Counted from the stretch's first letter, positions 25,873 through 38,440 are shown. The stretch is DNA of 64,000 bases from Mobula hypostoma (GCF_963921235.1 NC_086097.1:186436001-186500000), one strand, 5' to 3'. Notes: a model not told the origin generated them from the letters alone. Translations and numbers: made by a program.

Positions 25873-26513
25873 TTTTTTAATACTTTTCCTTTGCAAATAT
25901 CTCCAGTAGTGGCAGATAATCCTAGGGCAATAATTTCACTTGATTTCAACTCTCCCAATGATCATGAGACCTTGTTAGGATGGATTTTCTGTGATAAAAG
26001 CCAGGAACAAGCTACAAGGAGCACAACCTGACAGCCTGCCCATACACCAGAATGATGCATTTTCATAGATGACATGATTAGAAGATCTTTCCCTGTTTTC
26101 AAATGTTTCCAATGATTAAAGTTTTCTCAAACAATTGAAAACACTTTAGATAATTCAAAAATTGATGAATTATGAGAGTCAACTTCATTCACAGGAACAG
26201 GGCTGTACTGGATATACAAAATATGGCTGGTGGTAAGCACAAAATATGGCTGGTGTAAGGGCCCAAGCACAAATTTAATTCAGTTTCTCAGCTCAGGAAT
26301 TTATAGAAGTTTTTTCTCTGCTACCACCTAACAAGTACTCCATTTCTATTTAGGTTTTCCTTAAAGAGACAAGCAATAAAACCACAGCTGCTTACTGGGG
26401 TCTGCAAGTGAGGAAATCAAGGTTCCAGCTGCACAAGGAGGTAGTGAGGCCGATGTCTGAAAGCTGATTGATTAGTTTTGAGGAGATGATCCTCTTGAAT
26501 GCCAGACTGCAGT

Positions 26514-27390
26514 CCATAAGACCAAAAGACATAAGAGCAGAATTAGGCCATTTAGCCCACTGAGTCTCTCTGCCATTTCATTATCACTGATCCTATTTTC
26601 CTCTCAGCCCCTATCTCCAGACTTCTCCCTGTATCCCTTCATGCCCTGAGCAATCAAGACTCTATCAACCACTGCCTTATGTATACATAAAAACTTGGCC
26701 TCCACAGCTGCCTGTGGCAAAGAATTCCACAGATTCATCGCTCTCTGGCTAAAGAAATTCCTCTTCATCTCCATTCTAAAAAGATGCCCCTATATTCTGT
26801 GGCTGTGTCCTTTTGGTCTTACACTCTCCCACCATAGGAAACATCCTCTCTACATCTACTCTATCAAGGCCTTTCAACATTTGATAGGTTTCAATGAGGT
26901 CACCCTTCATTCTTCTGAATTCTAATGAAAAAGTCAGAGACTTTTTGCCAGGGCTGAAATGGTTGCCACAAGAGGACACAGGTTTAAGGTGCTGGGGAGT
27001 AGGTACAGAGGAGATGTCAGGGGTAAGTTTTTTACTCAGTGGTGAGTACATGGAATGGGCTGTCAGCAACGGTGGCGGAGGCAGATATGATAGGGTCTTT
27101 TAAGAGACTTTTGGATAGGTACATGGAACTTAGAAAAATAGAGGGCAATGGGTAAGCCTAGTAATTTCTAAGGTAGGGACATGTTCAGCACAACTTTGTG
27201 GGCCAAAGGTCCTGTATTGTGCTGTAGGCTTTCTATGTTTTGTATGAATACAGGCCCTGAGCCATCAAATGTTCTTCATATGGCACACCATTCAATCCTG
27301 GAATTATTTTCATGAAACTCTGTTGAACCCTCTCCAGTTTCAGCACATCCTTTCAAAGGGGCCCAAAATGACTCACAATAGACATTACAA
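26514..27390 (-). mobile_element. CR1 3' fragment with a nested + strand CR1 3' end (about 26930-27243)
   Basis: SLEFRRMKGDLIETYQMLKGLDRVDVERMFP on the - strand is split by an opposite-strand CR1 end. A short ATGAA duplication lies at the junctions. Confidence 0.8.
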
Positions 27391-27559
27391 TACACAAAAC
27401 ACAATACTGATACCTGTATCTTTTCTGTCCAGATGTTCCAGGTTTGAGTGAAGAGCCAATGGAACGGTATCTGCTGTGGACCTGTTGTTCTAGTAGGCAA
27501 ATTGGAGCGGACCCCGGTGGCTTCACAGGCAGGAGGTTATTGGTATGCATTGAGCACAG

Positions 27560-28037
27560 CTACATGGAGCATTGTCACAGGAAAGCAGCATCCATCGTCA
27601 GGGAACTCACCATCCAGGCCTTGCTCTTTTCTCACTGCCACCATCAAGAAGCAGGTACAGGAGCCTCTGGACTCACACTGTCAGGTTCAGGAGCAGTTAC
27701 TAACCCTCAAACATCAGGCTCTTTAACCAGAGGGGATAGCTTCACTCAGATTCATGTCCCATCACTGACCTGTTCCTACATCCTATGGACTTAGTTTCAA
27801 GGACTCTTCATCTCATGTTCTTGAAATTTATTGCTAAGTTGTTTACTATTCTTATTTGTTTTTTTTGTATTTGCATAGTTTGTTGTCTTGTGCACATTAG
27901 CTGGTCACCCTGTTGGGTGTAGTCTTTTGTTGATTCTATTATGGTTGTTAGATTTATTGAGTATGCCCACAAGAAAACAAATCTCAAGGTTGTTTTTGGT
28001 GACATATATGTACTTTGATAATAAATTTACTTCGAAC
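27560..28037 (+). mobile_element. Rex1/Babar-like LINE 3' end
   Basis: YMEHCHRKAASIVR..ALLFS, then a 3' UTR ending AATAAATTTACTTCGAAC. Confidence 0.65.
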
Positions 28038-28529
28038 AACTAGAATTAGTGGAAAGAGAGGAACCATCTACAGTAGTCATCATGCATCTATTGTGCCAGA
28101 TTATCTGTTCTAATTACACACAGCTGAGACACTGGCACTGCAAGGGAAGACATTAGGTCACAGGGGGTACGTTTCAAAGTAGAGATATATTGGCATTAAC
28201 AGGCTGCAGTCGGTCGAGAAGGGAAAAAGGGAAAAAGTTTTAGCTCTGGTGAGTTCAAATGCAAATAGGACTTCTGATTTGTATTGGTTGTTGAGTCCCA
28301 CAAAAGAAAGGGACAAGAGAAGGACTTGGTGGGACTCTTGATGAATGCACTAATATTCAGCCTCTTTATCTCCATGAGGTGAGTAGGATTGTGAAGAAGC
28401 CCACAGGAGCTGGTATAAAGCCAAGTGAATTTCACCTCCATTAAGTGCCAGACAATGCCAATGCTAAGGAAACGTGTTAATAGAAATAACAGGTTTCTGC
28501 TTCAGTTCAGGTACACTCCCAGTCCCAAG

Positions 28530-29330
28530 TTGAAGTTCAAGTTTAATTGTCATTTAACTATAGAAATATATACAGCTTAAATGAAACAGCATTCCTCCAG
28601 GGCCAGGGTGCAAACCACAAAAAACACTACCTCACTTTTTTTTAATATACAATATTTCAGTTTCTGCACATTTCTATTCAATATATGTAATTGATTTACT
28701 TGTTTATTTATTATTATGTTTTTTTATTTATTATTTTTTTCTCCCTCTGCTGGATTATGTATTGCATTGAACTGCTGCTGCTAAGGTAACAAATTTCACG
28801 TCACATGCCGGTGATTATGAACCTGATTCTGATTCAGCACACACAGTTACACACAACACACATCAGGTATAGTCATGATAGCACTTACAGTCACCAAATA
28901 ATGTTCTGAAGTGACATGGCCTGAAGACTGATGATGCACGGGATTTTGGCCTGGAGCCACATTTCTGCAAGAACAAGTATGCAGCAGTTCCTCATCTCAC
29001 GGTAGGTTAGCCACAGATGAAGGCAATCCAGGGAGTGAACACTTGGAGAGCAGCACCAATGTGAGTGCTGGCCTACAGGGGCTGACTTTCTGACCTTTTC
29101 AGGGTTCTGCTGGCCATGATGACAGTCAGGCAATCTGATAATGTCAGATTTACACATTGTTGTCTACTTAGTTCCATGAGAATCCATTTGCCAATGCAGA
29201 AATTGAGACTTCTGTCCTATCTGAGAAGATCAAGAACACTGTTCATCAGCTCTCAGTAACTCATCATGCTACTGTACTCATATTTGCTTCACCAGACTAC
29301 AGTCACACTGACTAATACTCTACAACTTGG
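28530..29330. mobile_element. Nested Rex-like LINE fragments
   Basis: - strand endonuclease remnant (EMRNCCILVLAEMWL). A + strand 3' end of the (TTCTGA)n family lies at about 28625-28836. Confidence 0.55.
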
Positions 29331-30165
29331 AGTCAACCTGCTGAGGGCATGATCCCTTTTGGGCATCCTAGAACACAGCAGGATCTCAGAGCCAAAAAGA
29401 GAAAGGGCTTTCCAAGCATGGTTAGGCTTCTAGGTTTAGCTGAAAAATCATAAAAATCAAGAGAAGTTAATGTAGGTGGCTTTATTACTTCAATAATTTA
29501 GTAAGTTTCATTTGCAACTATAGGCCTTTCTTTATAAAAGTTGTTGATTTGTTAGTCCAGTTAATGCCTAGTAAAGCCATTGAAATATTTATACAATTTC
29601 CCCTTCAAAACATAAGATTAACATAAATAGATTATTATGAATATTCAGTTACTACACAGGAACAGGCCATTCAGAGCATGATGTCTGTGCCAAATATGGT
29701 AGCAAATTAAAATAATCACTTCTGGCTGCACATGATCCATATCCCTACATTTCCTGAATGTACATGTGTCTATCTAAAAACCTCTTAAAATCTGCTATTT
29801 TATCTGCTTCCGCCACCACCACCCCTAAAAGCGCATTCCAGCTACCTAGAACTGTGTGCAAGAAAAAATTGTGCCCCACACATCACCTTTCAACATCCCC
29901 TCTCACCCTAAAGCTGTGCCTTCTAGTATTTTAAACTTCTACTCTGACGAGATGTCTCTGACTGTGCACCCACTCTATCTGCCTCTTATAATGCTTTAAA
30001 CTTCTATCAGTTCTCATCTCAGTCTCCGACACTCCTGAGACAACAAAGTCTGTTCAACCTTTCCTTAAGCTAATACCCTCTAAACCAAGCAGCATCCTCT
30101 GTGCAACACACATAAAAAATGCTAGTGAGCGCAGCAGGCCAGGCAGCATCTACAGGAAGAGGTAC

Positions 30166-30201
30166 AGTCGATGTTTCAGGCCGAGACCCTTCGTTAGGAC
30201 T
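30166..30201 (-). ncRNA. Minimal type I hammerhead ribozyme, mutated core
   Basis: AGUC-CUAACGA-AGGGUCUCGGCCU-GAAA-CAUC-GACU. The core CUGANGA carries a G>A change. Confidence 0.6.
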
Positions 30202-30956
30202 AACTGAAAGAAGAGATTGTAAGAGATTTGAAAGTGGGAGGGGGAGGGGGAGATCCAAAATGATAGGAGAAGACAGGAGGGGGAGGGATGGAGCCGAGAG
30301 CTGGACAGTTGATTGGCAAAAGGGATACGAGGCTGGAGAAGGGAGAGGATCATGGAGAAGGGAGGCCGAGGGAGAAAGAAAGGGGGGGGCAAGGAGTTAT
30401 AGTGAGAGGGACAGAGGGAGAAAAAGGAGAGGTAAAAAAGGGGGGAAAAATCAATAATAAATAAATAAAGGGTGGGGTACGATGGGGAGGTGGGGCATTA
30501 AAGGAAGTTAGAGAAGTCAATGTTCATGCCATCAGGTTGGAGGCTACCCAGACGGAATATAAGGTGTTGTTCCTCCAACCTGAGTGTGGCTTCATCATGA
30601 CAGTAGAGGAGGCCGTGGATACCCCACGGGCATTCTTTTAATGCCTGACCTTCCCTTTGTACCCCATCCCTTATTTATTATTATTATTTTTTTCTTTTCC
30701 CCCTTTTTTTCTCTCTTTTTTTCTCCCTCTGTCCCTCTCACTATAACCCCTTGCCCATCCTCTGGGCTCCCCTCCCCTTTCTTTCTCCCTCGGCCTCCCG
30801 TCCCATGATCCTCTCCCTTCTCCAGTCTCGTATCCCTTTTGCCACTCAACTTTCCAGCTCTTGACTCCATCCCTCCCCCTCCTGTCTTCTCCTATCATTT
30901 CAGATCTCCCCCTCCCCCTCCCACTTTTAAATCTCTTACTATCTCTTCTTTCAGTT

Positions 30957-30992
30957 AGTCCTGACGAAGGGTCTCGGCCCGAAACGTGGACT
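30957..30992 (+). ncRNA. Minimal type I hammerhead ribozyme, cleavage triplet mutated
   Basis: AGUC-CUGACGA-AGGGUCUCGGCCC-GAAA-CGUG-GACU, with GUG in place of GUC. Confidence 0.7.
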
Positions 30993-31416
30993 GTGCCTCT
31001 TCCTATAGATGCTGCCTGGCCTGCTGCATTCACTAGCAATTTTTATGTCTATTGCTTGAATTTTTGGCATCTGCAGATTTCCTCGTGTTATTATCCTCTG
31101 TGCCTTCTCTTAAAGTTTCGCAACATTTCAGTGTTAGGGCAGCCAGAACTGCACACAATTCTCCAAGTGTAACCCAACTAAAGTTCATACAGCCCTTATA
31201 CAGCTTTATATTTCTTGACTCATAATGTCAACCAATGAAGGTAAGCATTCCATTCACCTTCTTTACCATCTATTTATGTGTGTTGCCACTTTCAGGGAGC
31301 TATGAACTCGAATTTGAAGATCCACCCACTGTTCACAAATGTTGTTAAGGGTCATGTCATTAACTGTGCACTTTCCCTTCATATTTGACCCTCAAAAATA
31401 CCAACCTTTACACTTG

Positions 31417-31451
31417 AATTTCTAGCACCTGCAGATTTCCTCGTGTTTGCG
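31417..31451 (+). mobile_element. 35-bp Penelope pLTR terminus insertion
   Basis: AATTTCTAGCACCTGCAGATTTCCTCGTGTTTGCG flanked by AACCTTTACACTTG and AACCCTTACACTTG (31403-31416, 31452-31465). Confidence 0.7.
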
Positions 31452-33777
31452 AACCCTTACACTTGCCTAAATTAAACTCTATTTCCCATTTTGCCACCAA
31501 TTTCTGTAACTGATCTGCATCCTGCTGTATCCTTTGACGATCCTCTTCATTATCCATAACTCCATTACTAATCACCATTTTTATTTTGTACAGATCAGTT
31601 ACACACAACAAGGACAATGGAAGTCCCAGCACTAATCCCTGCATCCACAATAGCACCCTTCCACCACTACCCTCTCTTCTATGGGCAAACCAGTTCTAAA
31701 TTAAACTACCAATTTATCTTAATTTTAGGGATCAGCCTACCATGAGTGGCCTTGTTCAACACCTTACAAAAGTCCACATAAAATAATCTACTATCTTCCC
31801 CTCATCAATCACTGTGATCACCTCTTCAAAAAAGCTGTGCTGCAAGAGTATAAAGACCACTTCTTTTGTGATCCTGGTTCATCGTTCAGATCACTTTCAC
31901 AGGATTATTTCAAAGGACAGCAGAGCAAGGCTCGACTGTATTGCTATGTTCCAGGCTGTCATGCAGAGGGAACATGGAGTGACTCAAATTACTATCTGCA
32001 GCTTGGAATCAAGCATAATTAATACAGCTAATAGTTGGGCACCTTTAAACCAAGTCAATTTAATGCTAACAGGTAGCTCAAATGGAAAATTACTGTTGTC
32101 TTATCTGAGATATTCTATATTAGTATAAGGTAACCATGTTGAGTTTTATCTCACAAAGTCAGAAGGCAGTGATCAGAAATATTTTTGGAAATGTGAACGT
32201 CTTAATTTTGCAAATAACACTGCAAAATGCAAAACTCCAGAAGTGCTGGCCATCTTTTATGTCTTGTAGTTGAGCAATATCTGTCTTTCAGAACGTACTG
32301 TTCCAAGAAGAATCACAGAATGCTAGGGCTAAATATATCTCCTTGAAGTGCATCATTGCCCTGCCCTATTGATGTGTTTTCTTCACATGGGCTGGATGGG
32401 AACAGCAGTGAGATTTAATTGTGGCTGTCAACTACAATGTTGGATTTGCAATTGTGTGGATTGATATGCCAAAGTGGTTGAGGTTTGACTACAATTTCAT
32501 TTCTGTCCACGAAGCTACTGAGTGGAGATAATAATAACTACTAGAAGTTTCTTACATCATCCCACTCTTCTCCTCCCTTACCTGCAAGATCTTGCTCCAT
32601 CCCTTTCCCCAATGTTTTCATTTTAAAATCTTCTTTATTAATTATTATTGAAGATCAACAAAAAATACATTAAAGTAATCCAGTCAACATGCCAATATGT
32701 ACAATGAGGAATTAAATTACCAAATAACTGATTAACAAGGCTAAACAATATATCCATAATAAGAAGAAAAAATAAAGTGTTAAGACTTTTTTTTTGGAAA
32801 AAAGAAAGAAGGAAAAAAAGAACCCCTACTAACTAAAACAAAAAAACCCTGCTAAGAAAAAAGCCCAAAAAAAACCCATTGGGAACACAACTCCGGAGCT
32901 ACACACCATACAAGCTTCCATAAAAGAAAAATATCAATCCGCCTACTCATATCCACTTAAACAAGAATCAGAAAGAAACCATCTTAATTAACTCAAATCA
33001 GATGATAGTAGTGGGCAAAAGAACCCCAACTTTTCTCAAAGTCAAATCGAGGATCAAAAGTTCGACTTCTGATTTACTCCAAACTAAGACATAGCATCAC
33101 CTGAGAGAACCATTGTATCAAAGTGGGAGCAGAAGCATCTTTCTATTTCAATAAAATAGCCCTTCTGGCCAATAATGTAACAAATGCAGTTACATGTTGA
33201 TCTGATACAGAAACACCATGAATATATTGAGGGATTATCCAAACAAAACTGTCAATTTATTAGGTTGTAAATTAATTTTTAAAGCTTTAGAAATTGTAGA
33301 GAAAATAGATTTCCAAAATTGTTTCAATACAGAACACGACCAAAACATATGTGTCAATGTAGCTGTCTCAGTTTTACATCTATCACACTGACTATCAACA
33401 TTAGGAAACATTTTAGACAATCTCTCCTTTGTCAAACAGTAATGATATACAATTTTAAATTGAATTAAAGAGTGACTGGCACAAATCGAAGAAGAGTTAA
33501 CCAATTTCAAAATTCACAACCAATCCTCTGTTGTCAAAGTCATGTTAAGCTCTCTTTCCCATTCTTGCTTAATCTTAAGTGAAGGATAATTGTATTGCTG
33601 TAATAGTAAATTATAAATTTTCCCAATAAAACCTGACACTAAAGGATTCATTTTTAAAATAATGTCTAACAGGTCAGAATCCTGTATATATGGAAAATTA
33701 CTTAAATATTCTTGTAAGAAATATTTGTGAAGCTAAAGATATCCATGGAATTTACATAAATGGGACTATTCATGAGA

Positions 33778-34412
33778 GCAACACACATCAAAGTTGCTGG
33801 TGAACGCAGCAGGCCAGGCAGCATCTATAGGAAGAAGCGCAGTCGACGTTTCAGGCCGAGACCCTTCGTCAGGACTAACTGAAGGAAGAGTGAGTAAGGG
33901 ATTTGAAAGCTGGAGGGGGAGGGGGAGATGCAAAATGATAGGAGAAGACAGGAGTGGGAGGGATGGAGCCGAGAGCTGGACAGGTGATAGGCAGAAGGGG
34001 ATACGAGAGGATCATGGGACAGGAGGTCCGGGAAGAAAGACGGGGGGGGGGGGTGACCCAGAAGATGGGCAAGAGGTATATTCAGAGGGACAGAGGGAGA
34101 AAAAGGAGAGTGAGAGAAAGAATGTGTGCATTAAAAAGAGTAACAGATGGGGTACGAGGGGGAGGTGGGGCCTAGCGGAAGTTAGAGAAGTCAATGTTCA
34201 TGCCATCAGGTTGGAGGCTACCCATACGGAATATAAGGTGTTGTTCCTCCAACCTGAGTGTGGCTTCATCTTTACAGTAGAGGAGGCTGTGGATAGACAT
34301 GTCAGAATGGGAATGGGATGTGGAATTAAAATGTGTGGCCACTGGGAGATCCTGCTTTCTCTGGCGGACAGAGCGTAGATGTTCAGCAAAGCGGTCTCCC
34401 AGTCTGCGTCGG
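33778..34412 (-). mobile_element. Young Penelope-like element (GIY-YIG C-terminus and pLTR)
   Basis: Uninterrupted RRRLGDRFAEHLRSV..VATHFN..RLEEQHLIFRMGSLQPDGMNIDFSNFR*. 12-bp TSD CTATTCATGAGA (33766-33777, 34413-34424). Confidence 0.92.
33841..33876 (-). ncRNA. Minimal type I hammerhead ribozyme, intact core
   Basis: AGUC-CUGACGA-AGG(GUCUCGG)CCU-GAAA-C-GUC-GACU. Stem I is AGUC/GACU, both conserved boxes are present, stem III is the palindrome ACGU, and the cleavage triplet is GUC. Confidence 0.82.
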
Positions 34413-36109
34413 CTATTCATGAGATCTCCCTTTATGCTGATGATCTCTTAGTTTATGTTTTGAATCCTGAAGAATCCATTCCTAGTTTATTGAAATTATT
34501 AAATTAATTTGGAAAGTTTTCAGGATATAAACTAAACCTTTATAAATGTGAATTATTTCCTTTAAATGATTCTGCTTCTATATATGATGAAATTCCTTTT
34601 AAAGTTATGGGCTATTTAAAATAATTAAGTATTATTATCACTAAAAATTACAGAGACCTTTATAGAGCTAATTTGGTTCCTTTAGTGGATTTTATTAAAC
34701 AATTACTTTGTGGATGGAATCCACTTACACTTTCGTTAGCTGGCTAAATTCATGCAGTTAAAATGATGATTTTACCAAAATTTTTATATGTATTTCAAAA
34801 TATTCCTTTTTTTAACTAAGAAGTTTTTTGATCAGGTTGATTCTATTATTTCATCTTTTGTTTGGAATAATAAAAGACCAAGAATTGGAAAATATCATTT
34901 ACAAAAATTAAAAAAGGATGGAGGTCTTGCACTGCCTAATTTAAGAATGTACTATTGGGCTGTTAATATACATTATATGTGTTCTTGGTTATATTGGGCT
35001 GATAAAAATGAATGACCATCTTGGGCTGATTTGGAAATGAAAGCTGTGAAACAATTTTACTTAAACTCATTATTAGGAGCTTCTTTACCTGTACAACTGG
35101 CAAAAATTTCTAATCTAAATTTATATCCTATGATTAAGCAGTCATTACGAATTTGGTACCAGTTTTGTAATTTTTTTAATCTCAAAAAATTTAACTTTCT
35201 TAGTTTAATTTATCAAAATTATTTATTTAAACCTTTACTTAGTGATCCTACCTTTTTCCTTTGGAGGAATAAAGGAGTCTATTCCTTCATGGATCTGTTA
35301 TAAGAAGGCCAATTGATGCCTTTTGAGAAATTAGTAACTAAATACTCTCTCTTGTACCCATTTTTTTATACTGGCTATCTCCCTGCCTTCTTTCCAATCT
35401 TGATGAAGGTCTCAAACCAAAATGTCCACTATTTCCCTCCATATCTGCTGCCTGAACTGCTGAGGTTCTTCAGCATTTTGTATGTGGTTCCGGATCCCAG
35501 CACCTGTAGTCACTCTAAGGTTTCTAAATTTTAGGCCTTGTACGACTGTTGATGTCAACTGGGCAAGTTTAATGATTCATTAGTGGTGTGAGCAGATATG
35601 AAAATATTACCAAAAGTGAGCTGACAATGTTACCAATTCTCACTGAGACCACGGAAACATGCAAAAATTTACTTTACTCTGCATTAATGCAATATTTAAC
35701 AGCCCACTGCTACTTATGTGCAACTAGGTTTCTAGAACCCTTCCCAGTGATGTTACGGATTTTGAAAATAGATTATTAGACCACAGCTAGTTTCATTAGA
35801 ATAGAAGAGAGAAGAAGACGGAAAGATTTGTTGCGTGCAAAACATATTTAGTACAAACTTTAACACAGATTCAAAACAGATACTTTAATTTAGAAACAAA
35901 TAAATGGGAGGCTTTGGAAGAGTCAATTGTCAGATAGATTAATTCAAAGCTCTGTCTACCATTTTAGTTGGATACAGAAATTTCCAAGGAATTGTTTAAA
36001 GAAAGGTAGGGGACTTTCCTCTCTCCTGGCTGACATCATCTAATTATCTATAATGAAAACAAATTATCATTAGAACTTAGATGATTGTTGCTTCTGGGAG
36101 CATGGTTAA

Positions 36110-37700
36110 TTAGACAGATAGATAAATACTATATTAATCCCAATGGAAATTACAGTTCCACAATAGCATTACAAGTTCACAGGTATACAAATATACAAAT
36201 ATTAGAAGAGAAGCAAGAAAGAATAAAAAATAAGTTACCTAAAACAGTCTAGCAGGAGGGAGTCATCAGTTCCCTGGCTATAGGTTGACTCATTTTAGAT
36301 CCATTTTCTTTTCAAATCTTTTTATTGTTATATTATACAAATGAAATAACATAAGTACATTGAAGTAACAACACTTACAATGTCTCAAAAAAGACATTAT
36401 CTTAAAGATTGAAGAAAAATGTTGTGATAACAAAAAATAACCTATTAAGCAAAAAAAGTGAGAAAAAAAAGAACCCAATAGGTGTACAACCCTGGAACCA
36501 TGCGTCATACAAAAGGCTTCTAAAAATAAACATCAAACCGCCAGCAAGAAAAGAAAATATACTAAAAAATTTACAATTAGATCGAGGAAAAAGCCTATCA
36601 ATTAGCTCAAATGATAATAATGAGCAAGTGAGCCCCATCGTTTCTCAAAATCAAATTAAGTTTCAAAGGTTCGACTTCTAATTTTCTCCAAACTAAGACA
36701 TAGCATCACTTGAAAGAACCATTGTGACAAAGTGGGAGCTGATGTATCCTTCCACTTCAACAAAATGGCCTTCCTAGCTATCAATATAATAAATGCAATA
36801 ACATGTTGGTCAGACACAGAAATAAGATGAATTCTTTTTTGGATTTATTTAAAGAAGATAGATTGATGTCTTATGAACAATTAATTGATGAATATTCTCT
36901 TTCATACTCACACTTTCTGCAATACCTTCAAGTTAGACATTTTTTACAAAAATATTTAAGTAATTTTCCTTACATATTGAAGATTGACCTGTTGGATACT
37001 ATTATGAGTATGAATCCTTCGATCAAGGGTTCTATTGGAAGAATTTATAATTTATTATTACAATGGTATAAGCGTCCTTTATCTAAGATTAAACAGGATT
37101 GGGAAAAGGAATTTAATTTGACTTTTATGACGGAGGATTGGATGCAGATTTTGAGGTTGGTTAACTCTTCTTCAATTTGTGCTAGCCATTCATTGATTCA
37201 ATTTAAAATTGTACATCGTTATCATTTGACAAAGGAGAGACTTTCTAAAATCTTTTCTAATGTTGCTAGTCATTGTGATAGATGTAAAACTGAGATAGCT
37301 ACACTGACAAGTATGTTTTGGTCTTGTTCTATATTGGAACAGTTCTGGAAGTCCTTTTTTTCAACAATTTCTAAAGCACTTAAAATTAATCTACAACTTA
37401 AATTAACTGTGCTTTTTGGAATAATTCCTCAAAATATTCATGTTACTTCTGTGTCTGACTCATTTTAGATCCTAATATCTGAGGGTAAGAATGACCTCAT
37501 ATAGCACTCTGTGGAGCATTGCAGTTGCCTTAGTCTAGTACTAAAAGTGTTCCTCTGTTCAGCCAAGGTGACATGCAAAGAGTGAGAAACATTGTCCAGG
37601 AATGTCAGGATTTTCTGTAGAGTCCTTTGTTCTACCATAGCCTCCTGTGTGGCCAGTTTGACTCCTATAACAGAGCCAGCCTTTCTAATCAGTTAGAAGG
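36110..37700 (-). mobile_element. Rex/L2-like LINE fragment hosting an L1 insertion
   Basis: (AGAT)n-type tail near 36110. ORF2-end remnants continue across the insertion at 36303-37455. Confidence 0.5.
36303..37455 (-). mobile_element. L1-clade LINE with 5' inversion (3' part on -, 36303-36824; inverted part on +, 36825-37455)
   Basis: 17-bp TSD TGACTCATTTTAGATCC (36286-36302, 37456-37472). ORF 36803-37468 is the L1 ORF2 C-terminus (CDRCKTEIATLTSMFWSC). Confidence 0.92.
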
Positions 37701-37767
37701 AGACTGTGATGTACATTACAACATAATCTATATATCAAAAATACTTCATCGTAGATACTTCAGGACA

Positions 37768-38440
37768 TTCAGAATTAGAATCAGATCAGGTTTATTAATA
37801 CCGACTTATATGTTTTGAAATTTGCTTTTTTACAGCAGAAGTACAGTGTGAAGACATAAAAGTACTATAAATTATAAAATAAATAAATAATTCAAAAAAG
37901 GAATAATAAGGTAGTGGTCATGGTTTCATGGACCATTCTGATGTGGAGTGCAACTAATCAGAATGCACTCAACTGTACACCTATAGAAATTTGTAAGTCC
38001 TTGGTGGCATATCAATTCTTCTCGAAGCCCTAATGAGGTAGAGCTACTGGTGTGCCGTTTTTGTGATCAGCCTCAGGACAGATTATCCTGTCCATCTGTG
38101 CGTCTATAGATGTTTTTGGTAGCATGCCAGATCTATGCAAACTTCTAAGGAAGCAGAGGTTCTGACTTTGTGCACACACTATGTGCCGAACTCATTTTCT
38201 GATAGGTTAATACCAAGGAGTTTAAGGCTATTGGTCCACTCCACTTCCAGTCTCCTAAGGAGGACAGGCTCATAGACCTCAGGCTCTTCCTCACATAGTC
38301 AATACTTAGCTCTTTGGTTTTGCTGAGATTGAGTGAGAAGTTGTTGTTATGCCACCGCTCAACCAGATTTAGAATCTCTCTCCTGTATGCTGGCACCACC
38401 TTTGATTCAGTGGTGTCATCAGCAAATTTAAATACAGCAT
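37768..38440 (-). mobile_element. Rex1/Babar-like LINE fragment
   Basis: FKFADDTT..NNFSLNLSKTKEL, with a TCAGAA-type tail at about 37768-37790. Confidence 0.7.

Larger units (their letters stand above)
30105..31092. mobile_element. Penelope-like element with inverted pLTRs
   Basis: 30105-30620 (-) and 30621-31088 (+) are inverted copies of the pLTR. 11-bp TSD ATCCTCTGTGC (30094-30104, 31093-31103). Confidence 0.88.
29655..31850 (-). mobile_element. Old CR1 LINE hosting Penelope insertions
   Basis: CR1 3' UTR and RT remnants (QRIQQDADQLQKLVAKWEIEFN) on both sides of the 30105-31092 insertion. Confidence 0.7.
32615..35365 (-). mobile_element. L1-clade LINE with 5' inversion (3' part on -, about 32615-33727; inverted RT part on +, about 33730-35365)
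   Basis: - strand has the C-terminal Cys-rich region CDRCKTETATLTHMFWSC and a 3' UTR with AATAAA. + strand has HEISLYADDLLVY and KKDGGLALPNLRMYYWA. Confidence 0.85.

Noticed and set aside
31814..32128. 104-aa ORF or exon-like segment in partly unique DNA
   Set aside because: It begins in CR1 antisense sequence, has no recognisable homology and has a weak donor site.
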